In this document: positions 1-8,009 of the stretch, in pieces
How the letters are laid out: the number at the start of each line of letters is the position of its first letter
How positions within the stretch are numbered: position 1 is the stretch's first letter
Origin: a virus
Lineage: Duplodnaviria > Caudoviricetes
Reading direction: 5' to 3' (one strand)
IMG/VR virus record: IMGVR_UViG_3300017911_001818
Location: 1-64,000 of that record
DNA: 64,000 nucleotides
Notes under the pieces: model-generated
Seen by the model: the letters and a program-made list of their open reading frames with translations, nothing else
Databases searched by the model: none
Told to the model about the DNA's origin: nothing
Made by a program: the position numbers and the translations under genes

Positions 1-55
1 ATTACCTCTGCCTTCCAAGCAGATGATGTCGGTTCGATTCCGTCTACCCGCTCCA
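1..55 (+). tRNA. tRNA-Gly(TCC), 5' end truncated by window edge
   Basis: Anticodon arm TCTGC-cTTCCaa-GCAGA, T-loop GGTTCGATTCC, ends ACCCGCTCCA with encoded CCA. Confidence 0.9.
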
Positions 56-88
56 TTATTATCGAGAAACCAAAATAAAGGAAGAACC

Positions 89-1072
89 ATGAAAAACGTT
101 CTTATTTCTTTTATCGCAGCAGTTGCTGTGTCTACCTCTGCATTTGCAGACCGAGCCACTACCATCAACATCGTTGGCTCCTCTACCGTTTACCCATTCT
201 CTTCTGCTGTTGCAGAATCTTTCGGTCAAACTTCAGACTTTAACACTCCTATTATTGAATCCACTGGTTCCGGCGGCGGCATGAAGCTGTTCTGCGCTGG
301 TATTGGTCTTGACCATCCAGACGTAACCAACGCTTCCCGTGCTATGAAATCTTCTGAAGCAGAAAAGTGCGCTGCTAACGATGTAGAATTTGTTGAATTT
401 ATGGTTGGCTATGACGGTATCGTAATCGCTAACTCTCTTCGTGGTGGTCCTGCTCTGAACATGACTCGTGAACATGTTGCTCTGGCAGTATCCGCACAAG
501 TTCCAGATGCTAACGGCAATCTGGTTGATAACCCATATGAGAAGTGGTCTGACATTGATCGCTCTCTGCCAAACCGTCCTATCCTAGTTCTTGGTCCTCC
601 GACCTCGTCTGGTACACGTGACGCCTTTGAAGAGCTGGTAATCCATAAAGCATACAAGGCTATGGGTTTTGACAAAAAGACTTACAAGGCAATTGAAATC
701 CGTGAAGACGGTGCATATGTTGAATCTGGTGAAAATGATACTTTGATTGTTGATCAACTTACTGCTGATGGTAACGCTGTAGGTATCTTTGGTTTCTCCT
801 TCCTGCAAAACAACGCTGACCGTGTAAAGGGTGCGACAATTGATGGTGTTGCTCCAACATTTGAAAACATTGCCTCTGGTGACTACCCTGTATCTCGTTC
901 CCTGTTCTTCTACGTTAAGACCAATCACATTGGTGTAGTACCAGGTATCGCAGAATTTGCTGAAGAGTTTGTAGATCAAGCTGCTCAGGATGGTCCACTT
1001 GCAAACATTGGCCTGATCCCTGGTGGTGACGCTGATCAAGATGCAATGCAAGATGCACTAAACGCTCTGTAG
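89..1072 (+). CDS. pstS: Phosphate ABC transporter substrate-binding protein PstS
   Basis: Signal peptide; GSSTVYPF, GSGGG, ASR, SGTRDAF, YPVSRSLFFYVK motifs. Start moved to ATG 89 because the longer ORF overlaps the tRNA. Confidence 0.93.
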   Translation: MKNVLISFIAAVAVSTSAFADRATTINIVGSSTVYPFSSAVAESFGQTSDFNTPIIESTGSGGGMKLFCAGIGLDHPDVTNASRAMKSSEAEKCAANDVEFVEFMVGYDGIVIANSLRGGPALNMTREHVALAVSAQVPDANGNLVDNPYEKWSDIDRSLPNRPILVLGPPTSSGTRDAFEELVIHKAYKAMGFDKKTYKAIEIREDGAYVESGENDTLIVDQLTADGNAVGIFGFSFLQNNADRVKGATIDGVAPTFENIASGDYPVSRSLFFYVKTNHIGVVPGIAEFAEEFVDQAAQDGPLANIGLIPGGDADQDAMQDALNAL

Positions 1073-1090
1073 TGTCAAATTAAATAAAAT

Positions 1091-1155
1091 TTTACACGAT
1101 AGTTGAAATTTTTTTGAAAAAGGGGGTTGACAACAGCTCCCTTTTTTATTATATT
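1091..1155 (+). promoter_or_regulatory. Early promoter cassette: TTTACACGATAGTTGAAA motif plus TTGACA-N17-TATATT in an inverted repeat
   Basis: Motif 1091-1108, -35 at 1127-1132, -10 at 1150-1155; motif recurs 5 times in the window. Confidence 0.8.
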
Positions 1156-1185
1156 CTATATGTAAGTTGATGAAAGGAAATTGAA

Positions 1186-1374
1186 ATGTTTAAGCGTATC
1201 CACCCAAATGTTCGTGCTCTCGAAAACATTGATGCTCACCTTGATAGCATTGACGAAGCTATCCTTCGTATGGATCTTCCTCGTAACATCAAGCGTGAAC
1301 TTTCCCGTCTCACCTATGAGATGTACTCTACGATCGAAAAGTCGATCGACGATTTCACTCCATCAGCTGAATAG
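1186..1374 (+). CDS. Small early hypothetical protein (paralog of next gene)
   Basis: AAGGA RBS, directly after early promoter. Confidence 0.75.
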   Translation: MFKRIHPNVRALENIDAHLDSIDEAILRMDLPRNIKRELSRLTYEMYSTIEKSIDDFTPSAE

Positions 1375-1386
1375 GAGAATATAAAG

Positions 1387-1581
1387 ATGTCAGATAAAAT
1401 TAGATATGCCGCTATCGAACAGATCGATAACAAGCTGGATGAGATCGAGGTTCTTATCGATCAGATGCCGTTGCTCAAGGATGACAAGAGCAAACTCATT
1501 GAGTCGCTCTATGACTATTACTGTGATCTTGAGATGGCTGTCGATCGTTACCATGAAGAGTGGCAGACTGAGAAGGCGTAA
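1387..1581 (+). CDS. Small acidic early hypothetical protein
   Basis: AGGAG RBS; aligns by eye with 1186-1374. Confidence 0.75.
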   Translation: MSDKIRYAAIEQIDNKLDEIEVLIDQMPLLKDDKSKLIESLYDYYCDLEMAVDRYHEEWQTEKA

Positions 1582-1599
1582 GGAGAAATCTAAACATAG

Positions 1600-1607
1600 T
1601 ATAAATA
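1600..1607 (+). promoter_or_regulatory. T4-type late promoter
   Basis: Intergenic TATAAATA. Confidence 0.65.
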
Positions 1608-1687
1608 TGAATAGGTTGGACGCTAGAAATAGTCCCGTGGGGAGCCAACGGTAAGCTCCCCATTTTTATTTGTATTGAGGATATATT

Positions 1688-2509
1688 ATGAAATTTGAAT
1701 TTTTAGACAGCAGAAAATTTGGCCTTGATAATACTTACTCTATCATTCTTCCTATTGATCAGGGTGTAGAACACGGACCACATGCAGCGTTTTATGGCAC
1801 TGATCATCCTGAGATGTTGGATGTAAATTATCAAATTGATTATATTTCAGAGTTGTTGGATGAGGGGCTAATCTCAGCGACGGCACTACCATATCGAACT
1901 GCCAAACTTTTATGTGAAAAATATCCAGAACATGTTGGTAATGTAATCGTTAAGGCGAATCACGGAAATAATCTTAATAAAGATTTAGAGCCTAGTCAGG
2001 CCAACTACGCTCATCCTTGGGATAGGAAATATGGTGGTATTGGTTTTACCATTTATCCTGGATCGACTAATCAAGATAATATGATTGAAACGTTTAAAGC
2101 TCTTCAAAACGAGAATGCGGCAAGATTTATTGACGGAGCTCCTAAGACTGTTCTTTGGTCATATCCACGTGGTGGCGACTTTGATCAAACTTCTTTTGAA
2201 ACCATTTTACATGCTACGTACATTGCAGCTCAACTTGATCCGAGCTTGATTAAAGTTAAGCTTCCAGCCTATGATAATATGGCAACTCTTTGTATTCGTG
2301 TTAATGCAATCGTAAAAGCGTCCTGTGGTATTCCTGTAGTATTTTCAGGCGGAGCATTGCGCTCAGAAGAAGCGCTGCAGCTAGAGGCAGAGGCTATTTC
2401 TAAGAATGGTGGGCGTGGTATGATCATTGGACGTAATATATTCCAACGTAAGCCGAAGGAAGCGAAGAACCTTCTTAGTAAGATTCACAAAGTATTTGAG
2501 GAGAGTTAG
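1688..2509 (+). CDS. Class I fructose-bisphosphate aldolase-like (DhnA/FbaB family)
   Basis: ILPIDQGVEHGP, WSYPRGG, IKVK, VVFSGG, GMIIGRNIFQR motifs. Confidence 0.85.
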   Translation: MKFEFLDSRKFGLDNTYSIILPIDQGVEHGPHAAFYGTDHPEMLDVNYQIDYISELLDEGLISATALPYRTAKLLCEKYPEHVGNVIVKANHGNNLNKDLEPSQANYAHPWDRKYGGIGFTIYPGSTNQDNMIETFKALQNENAARFIDGAPKTVLWSYPRGGDFDQTSFETILHATYIAAQLDPSLIKVKLPAYDNMATLCIRVNAIVKASCGIPVVFSGGALRSEEALQLEAEAISKNGGRGMIIGRNIFQRKPKEAKNLLSKIHKVFEES

Positions 2510-2510
2510 T

Positions 2511-2900
2511 ATGTCGAGATTATTAGCATTACTTTTTTTATTGATTCCTAGTATTGCTACGAGTCAGGTAATCGTAAAACAAGATATGATTATGGAATAT
2601 AAAGATATCGCCAGTTTAACTGCAGCAGAAGTTCTGGGATGTGGTAAAATTAATAAAGAAAATATAAAAAGATTTAATGTAATCTTCGACGCTTTCATGC
2701 TTGAGAAGGCCGAAGAGGAAGGTCATAATATTACGATAGAAGATATTGAAGGATGGAAACTAAAAAAGCTATTAGAACAGTATAATGTAATGAAAGCCTT
2801 TCCGTGCCCAGCGATTAATGATTATATTAACAAATTTAATGAAACAGCTCGGTATACTCAAGAAATATATGATTATTATACGCCATTAAACAGTATATAA
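2511..2900 (+). CDS. Hypothetical exported protein
   Basis: GAGGAG RBS; signal peptide MSRLLALLFLLIPSIATSQ. Confidence 0.65.
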   Translation: MSRLLALLFLLIPSIATSQVIVKQDMIMEYKDIASLTAAEVLGCGKINKENIKRFNVIFDAFMLEKAEEEGHNITIEDIEGWKLKKLLEQYNVMKAFPCPAINDYINKFNETARYTQEIYDYYTPLNSI

Positions 2901-2930
2901 AAAAAGGGAAGCTTAATCGCTTCCCCTTTT
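2901..2930. terminator. Bidirectional intrinsic terminator
   Basis: AAAAAGGGAAGC-loop-GCTTCCCCTTTT between convergent genes. Confidence 0.75.
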
Positions 2931-2945
2931 CATTGTTATACTCTA

Positions 2946-3434
2946 CTAATTTGCTAGAGGATTATCAAGAGCCTCTTGAATCCTAGCATTTAGTCTATCA
3001 TCAACTTCTTGAATTTTTCTGTCAGTATCGGCGTAGAGTTGATCTCGCTTTCTATCAAAGCGAATATCTGCCTCGTCAACCATTTCTCTGACTTCTCTTT
3101 CACTCTCTCGTATATCATCTTCCAGTCTATCGACTAGCGTTTCAATACGAGTAACATCATCTTTTAAATCATTTTTAATCTGTCGAGCATAATCAGTTGC
3201 TTGGATAACAGAGTCTTCTGTACTAGCCATCTTTTCTTCGATGATGGATAGCTGTTCTTGAAATCCGCTGAGATCGGGAGCCACGTATGACTGAATCATC
3301 TCTTTCATATCCATGTAGTCCTTATAGACTTCAAAGCCACCATAAAGGCCACCGACAAGGGTGGACAGTCCCATAGCAACAGCTACCATTCTACCACCTT
3401 TGAACTTGATCCCAGCGAATTCTATTTCAGCCAT
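2946..3434 (-). CDS. Membrane-anchored coiled-coil protein
   Basis: N-terminal hydrophobic segment followed by heptad-rich region. Confidence 0.7.
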   Translation of the reverse strand: MAEIEFAGIKFKGGRMVAVAMGLSTLVGGLYGGFEVYKDYMDMKEMIQSYVAPDLSGFQEQLSIIEEKMASTEDSVIQATDYARQIKNDLKDDVTRIETLVDRLEDDIRESEREVREMVDEADIRFDRKRDQLYADTDRKIQEVDDRLNARIQEALDNPLAN

Positions 3435-3435
3435 T

Positions 3436-3762
3436 TTACTTCTTCATCCCTTCAATACCTTCTTTAGCATAGAATGCAGCTACTATAGCAGCTACAGAAA
3501 CGAAGTAGGTCGGGGCAATATCCTTTAATAAACCTGATGCAGTCTCTTGCCCTAAGATAGAGGAGATAATAATAGCAAAAGGATAGAGCAGCATACCAGC
3601 AAGAGCAAACCACGCCATGCCTCTTTGAGCATCCTGCTTTTTATCGTCGTTTTCGATTTGAAGCATTCGCTCCGCTTTTGCCATCTCTTCATCAGTTACG
3701 ACTCCGTCTCCATCTTCGTCAAACTGGTTATAGATAGAATCTGATTGTAATGTTTTAGCCAC
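3436..3762 (-). CDS. Two-TM membrane protein with EF-hand-like loop
   Basis: DEDGDGVVTDEE loop; two hydrophobic helices. Confidence 0.7.
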   Translation of the reverse strand: MAKTLQSDSIYNQFDEDGDGVVTDEEMAKAERMLQIENDDKKQDAQRGMAWFALAGMLLYPFAIIISSILGQETASGLLKDIAPTYFVSVAAIVAAFYAKEGIEGMKK

Positions 3763-3991
3763 CTAAACCTCCAAAAGCATTAGTGAGGGTTGGACCAAAA
3801 GATGATGCAGCCCAGAGAAGTGCACCAATAGCACCTACACCGATTACGACCCACTTCATTTTCATATCATCAACACTCATTTTAATCCCAATAAGTTCAT
3901 TACTCAGAATGCGCAGAGAAATTTCCATCTTGCCTTCTGGCATATCAATAGGTTGCTGCGGGCCTTGAGTTTGCTTTTGTTCTTCAGCCAT
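3755..3991 (-). CDS. Small membrane protein
   Basis: C-terminal TM helix; coupled to neighbours. Confidence 0.65.
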   Translation of the reverse strand: MAEEQKQTQGPQQPIDMPEGKMEISLRILSNELIGIKMSVDDMKMKWVVIGVGAIGALLWAASSFGPTLTNAFGGLGG

Positions 3992-4449
3992 TACTTTAAT
4001 CCTTCATCTAAGATATCTTCTAAAATAACAACACCTTTTGCTACCAATCTTTCTCTATTGGAAAGGTGTAATGCTTGAATATCATCCTTACTCTGACCAT
4101 GATACGGTACCGCATGGCCTTCATCAATCATAACTTCAGTCAGTAGTTTCTTATCTGGACCTACAATGAAGTCACCAAGAATCCTACCAAACTTACCCTT
4201 CATATCTTCTCCGTCCTTCGCAGCAAACGTTTTAAGAACTACGCTTTCACCTAGTAACTCAATAACACGGTTCTTTGCTGCAAGACCGAATAACTTTTCG
4301 ACTTTGTCAGATGTTCTAGATTCTGGTGTATCAATGCCCATGATGCGAACACGCTCATCTTTTAACCATACTCCGAATCCTAAATCAATGTCGACGTCAA
4401 CGGTATCACCGTCAACAACCTTAACTAAATTCGCTTTATACTCGTACAC
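3991..4449 (-). CDS. Thermonuclease (SNase-like)
   Basis: VVDGDT, RIMGIDTPE, GKFGRILG motifs. Confidence 0.88.
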   Translation of the reverse strand: MYEYKANLVKVVDGDTVDVDIDLGFGVWLKDERVRIMGIDTPESRTSDKVEKLFGLAAKNRVIELLGESVVLKTFAAKDGEDMKGKFGRILGDFIVGPDKKLLTEVMIDEGHAVPYHGQSKDDIQALHLSNRERLVAKGVVILEDILDEGLK

Positions 4450-4461
4450 TATTTGTTTCTC

Positions 4462-4890
4462 CTATTGGAACTGTAATGCTCGAAGCTGTTGCAGTTCTTG
4501 TTCTAATCGCATCACCTCTAACTGTTTTTTGCGAAGTTCGAGTTCATAAAGCCTATTACAATCTACTCTTTCTTTTGGTTTCTGCCCTAAAGGAATCGTA
4601 ATCCTAGCAAAAATACCAACATCACCAACACGGCTATTTACATAGCCAGCCAAAGGATCAGTATATCCTCGACCAATGATCCCTGTTACCCCAAACTCTA
4701 AGTTGGTAGCAGAGCCAATAGCATTTGAGCAGTCCAAATCACCTGCTCTAAAACTGTCTGACTGGTAGTTACCAGGCGCAGTAGGAAGAGATAAGTTTAG
4801 TGAGCTGGATTGACCAAAGGCAGCAGAGGCATATAATAAAATAAAAACGAGTGCTAGAAGAAATAATCTTGATATATTGTAGTTAATCAT
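4462..4890 (-). CDS. Exported protein with C-terminal coiled coil
   Basis: Signal peptide; start set at ATG 4890. Confidence 0.7.
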   Translation of the reverse strand: MINYNISRLFLLALVFILLYASAAFGQSSSLNLSLPTAPGNYQSDSFRAGDLDCSNAIGSATNLEFGVTGIIGRGYTDPLAGYVNSRVGDVGIFARITIPLGQKPKERVDCNRLYELELRKKQLEVMRLEQELQQLRALQFQ

Positions 4891-4891
4891 A

Positions 4892-5263
4892 TTACACCTT
4901 TGAGCAGATTCTAGAATTAATGCCATTACCTTCTTCATCAGCAAGAAGCTTAGACATTGTACAGATGTATTCAATCCTATCACAGTCTTTTTCTAAGATG
5001 TAAATGTCTATATTCTTTTTCTCTAAATATCCAACCTCAATAATCTTAGATGGTGTAGCAAATATGATAGGGTTCCAATTCTTATCATAGACGCCAATCT
5101 CATAGAAACTAACATCTTGTCTTTTATTAAAAAGCTTCATGGTAGTAACCACAACGTTTTCAACGTAAGACTTTTCAAATTGAGGATAAGTTGGCGTCCA
5201 CTGATGAGCCTGTGCGGCAGTAGCTGTTAATAGTGCCACTGCCGCCATCATAAGATGTTTCAT
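4892..5263 (-). CDS. Exported protein, possible pilus-chaperone-like (PapD_N-like) fold
   Basis: Signal peptide ending AQA; beta-rich pattern P..KLFN..YEIGV..P.FATP; fold is inference. Confidence 0.5.
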   Translation of the reverse strand: MKHLMMAAVALLTATAAQAHQWTPTYPQFEKSYVENVVVTTMKLFNKRQDVSFYEIGVYDKNWNPIIFATPSKIIEVGYLEKKNIDIYILEKDCDRIEYICTMSKLLADEEGNGINSRICSKV

Positions 5264-5760
5264 TAGGTTGCAATACACTCTGCTGTTACATTAGCAGCAT
5301 AAGTGCCTCCTGGAAACGATTTCTCATACCCGTATGTTACTGAGGATTCTACTTTAAACCAAACCGAACCTGCAACAGTAAGGTCATACTCTGTCACATT
5401 ATCATATTCGACTTTATTAGTCTCATAGTCAGCTTGTGCAGCGTTTGATGTTTGAGATACAGTTACTTCACCGTCCCAATTCACTGCATCCGTTAAGGAA
5501 GGCGAAGTCGAAAAGGAATCAGGCCAAGCAATCTTAGCAACATAGTAATCAGCAATGGTTACATCAAATCTTACAACTGGGTGTACACCACCATCTGTAG
5601 GTGCTGTGCTCAACTCATCAGGTGATGGCACGCCATATACACCAGCAGTATCGGTATAAATCGAGCATGTTGAAGCTACGTTTCCGGTAATGGGAACATT
5701 TTCTGCAAAGGCAGTTGATGCTGCAAACAGTGCAGCCACTGTTGAGATAACTCTTAACAT
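5263..5760 (-). CDS. Exported protein, fimbrial/pilin-subunit-like
   Basis: Signal peptide ending AFA; N-terminal ITGNVASTCSI and C-terminal GGTYAANVTAECI resemble chaperone-usher pilin strands. Confidence 0.55.
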   Translation of the reverse strand: MLRVISTVAALFAASTAFAENVPITGNVASTCSIYTDTAGVYGVPSPDELSTAPTDGGVHPVVRFDVTIADYYVAKIAWPDSFSTSPSLTDAVNWDGEVTVSQTSNAAQADYETNKVEYDNVTEYDLTVAGSVWFKVESSVTYGYEKSFPGGTYAANVTAECIAT

Positions 5761-5771
5761 TAGATTCTCCG

Positions 5772-6683
5772 TTATTGTTCTCTATCATATTGAGAGCGTA
5801 CCATAGAATAATGTGTAGCATCAGATGCCAGTTGTCTCAACGCCCTGTTATTATCAGGTAATGTTGTATCTTCAAGTTGTAGAGTGTCCTGATATACTAA
5901 TACTTCAGGATAATCTACTGCAATATATGATTCAATAGCAAAAGGAGCGGCAAGCTCATACAGAACTCGGTCTTGTAGATCAGTGTCTATCAATCCGCCG
6001 ACTTCTGGATCAACTTGCATTCTCCGTTCTAAATCGTCTTCTTCTTCTTGCTTTGCTTCATCTTGTTCCGCTTGTTCTTCTTCTAATTCTGCCTCACGTT
6101 GTAGTTGTACTTGCACCCATTCATCATAGTAAGGATCATTTACAGATACATCTTCTAGTGTAGACAAATATTTATACAAAGCATCCAAATATCCTGGACA
6201 TTCAGGACTTGCTAAAGGATTGGTACATATAATGTCTTCTTCGCCGATGTCCATTCTATACAAGTAAATAACGGAGGCATCGCTGATTGTACCATCGCCA
6301 TTTACAGTAATGCTTCCGTCTCCCCATTGTGCAGCATCACTACCAGGAAATCTGAAATACTTTTGGATAGAATTGCCAGGTAGACCAGACCAGTCATCTA
6401 CCTCTTCAAAGATATATCCGCCATTTACTGTGTCTTCATTCCTAACATAAACTTGAGCATCAGACTCTGCGTCCTTAGTAATAACATAATAGTATGTTAA
6501 GCCATTAATCTGCAAAGATACGTTTGGCGCTGAATAATCTGGCAGCACATCTGGCATGCTCCAAGATAATCCATTTTCTGCTGCGTTATTAGTAACGCCG
6601 TAGGTGCTATCCGCCGAGGAGAATGGCGAGTAAACCAAGAACGATAGCGCCGCCAATAACGGTGGTGCGAGTTTCTGGATCAA
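5772..6683 (-). CDS. Exported acidic protein (beta domain plus acidic helical region)
   Basis: TTG start with GAGGAGG RBS; signal peptide; CTNPLASPECPGY motif. Confidence 0.7.
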   Translation of the reverse strand: MIQKLAPPLLAALSFLVYSPFSSADSTYGVTNNAAENGLSWSMPDVLPDYSAPNVSLQINGLTYYYVITKDAESDAQVYVRNEDTVNGGYIFEEVDDWSGLPGNSIQKYFRFPGSDAAQWGDGSITVNGDGTISDASVIYLYRMDIGEEDIICTNPLASPECPGYLDALYKYLSTLEDVSVNDPYYDEWVQVQLQREAELEEEQAEQDEAKQEEEDDLERRMQVDPEVGGLIDTDLQDRVLYELAAPFAIESYIAVDYPEVLVYQDTLQLEDTTLPDNNRALRQLASDATHYSMVRSQYDREQ

Positions 6684-7194
6684 GGTTTAAACCTCCTCTA
6701 GATTGCGTATCAGGACGCATAGATTCGTTTTCAGGATTATTCCACGCATCTTTAGCTTGTTCGCCAATCATGCCGTCGATAGGGCACGGTGTTCCAGCAT
6801 TCATCATAGCTGTGAAGATTCTAGGGTCTTGACACATAACAGATACTGCTGCAACTTTCATTCCCATATCATACAAGGTCTTGGCATTCTTTAATTTTTC
6901 ACAGTTCATATCTCTTACTGTAGAACCAGCTGAGATACCAAGAATTTGTGTTTGCACAGCACCAGAAACTCCAACTGTACACAAGTCAGAGTTTGCATTA
7001 TTAATACTGGGAGAGATAGCAGAGGGAGGAGGAGAGATAACCGTAGTTGTAGATTCACTGGTAGAATCTACAGTACTCTCATTATAGTTTTCTGTGACAA
7101 TGGGGTCAATATCAGATTCTGTTGTAGAGTCTTGCGCATAAGCTGCTGTAGTCAAAAACAACATAATGAAAGCAGCAAACATTTTTTGGATCAT
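6607..7194 (-). CDS. Exported Cys-rich protein with C-terminal membrane anchor
   Basis: Signal peptide, S/T-rich linker, 4 Cys, hydrophobic C-terminal tail. Confidence 0.75.
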   Translation of the reverse strand: MIQKMFAAFIMLFLTTAAYAQDSTTESDIDPIVTENYNESTVDSTSESTTTVISPPPSAISPSINNANSDLCTVGVSGAVQTQILGISAGSTVRDMNCEKLKNAKTLYDMGMKVAAVSVMCQDPRIFTAMMNAGTPCPIDGMIGEQAKDAWNNPENESMRPDTQSRGGLNLDPETRTTVIGGAIVLGLLAILLGG

Positions 7195-7225
7195 GGTGTT
7201 TGCCTTGGATTATTTAATTGTAAAC

Positions 7226-7233
7226 TATTTATA
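7226..7233 (-). promoter_or_regulatory. T4-type late promoter driving the minus-strand operon
   Basis: TATTTATA on plus = TATAAATA on minus, about 30 bp upstream of ATG 7194. Confidence 0.75.
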
Positions 7234-7241
7234 AAAATAAG

Positions 7242-7270
7242 TTGACAGGCAATGTATAATAATATATAAT
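7242..7270 (+). promoter_or_regulatory. Consensus sigma70 promoter
   Basis: TTGACA-N17-TATAAT. Confidence 0.8.
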
Positions 7271-7299
7271 ATTCTATATTTTTAACGAAAGGATAAATT

Positions 7300-7431
7300 A
7301 TGACAAAAGCTATGAAACAAGGTAACTCTTCTCCACACCGTATTACTTCTATCGGCAAATCTTCTAATTCTAAGCCTACAAATAAGTCAAAGCGTAGACA
7401 ATTTAAAGCATATCGAGGACAAGGCAAGTAA
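7300..7431 (+). CDS. Small basic protein ending YRGQGK (not in ORF track)
   Basis: AAGGA RBS; 43 aa MTKAMKQG...FKAYRGQGK; stop overlaps next ATG. Confidence 0.7.
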   Translation: MTKAMKQGNSSPHRITSIGKSSNSKPTNKSKRRQFKAYRGQGK

Positions 7432-8009
7432 TGTATCTGTTTGATAAACCTTATCAATATTTTACTAAGCCATGGCCACACATTGTTATTGAGAATGTTC
7501 TACCTGATGATGTTGCAGAGCATATGTTGAATAATTGGCCTGAGGGTCAACCGTATAGGAACTGGATGAGTGACTTCGGTGCAGGCAATGATGATCCTGT
7601 TCATACCGAGTTTGAACGTGTTAATTTTATTGAACGTGCTGATGATATTCTAAAAACTTCTGCTAAAATTTTTGGTGATGATGATGCTTTTGACTGCGAT
7701 CTTGATGGACTTATATATCGTGATCTAAAAGCAGATGAGCCATATCTTGTACGAGATTGGCATACTGATAATGTAGAAAAGAAATATCATGGTATGTTGT
7801 ACATCGGATCAGGTAAAGATGCGGCTTTTGTCGCAAAAAATAATAAAACAGGTATTGACAAAACATACGAATACGAGCATAATAGATTCTTATGGTGGAG
7901 GAATACGCCAGAAACTATACATAAATTTTATTCAGGCACAGGTAGCAGAAAGACAATAAGTATTTTTGCTAACTTTAAAGGAAAATTATACAATGAGTAT
8001 TATGGATAA
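7431..8009 (+). CDS. 2OG-Fe(II) oxygenase-like protein
   Basis: PWPHIVIENVL start; HxD (WHTD) and distal H...R. Confidence 0.7.
   Translation: MYLFDKPYQYFTKPWPHIVIENVLPDDVAEHMLNNWPEGQPYRNWMSDFGAGNDDPVHTEFERVNFIERADDILKTSAKIFGDDDAFDCDLDGLIYRDLKADEPYLVRDWHTDNVEKKYHGMLYIGSGKDAAFVAKNNKTGIDKTYEYEHNRFLWWRNTPETIHKFYSGTGSRKTISIFANFKGKLYNEYYG

Noticed and set aside
23-88. N-terminal extension of the pstS ORF
   Set aside because: Overlaps tRNA-Gly; RBS and signal peptide fit ATG 89
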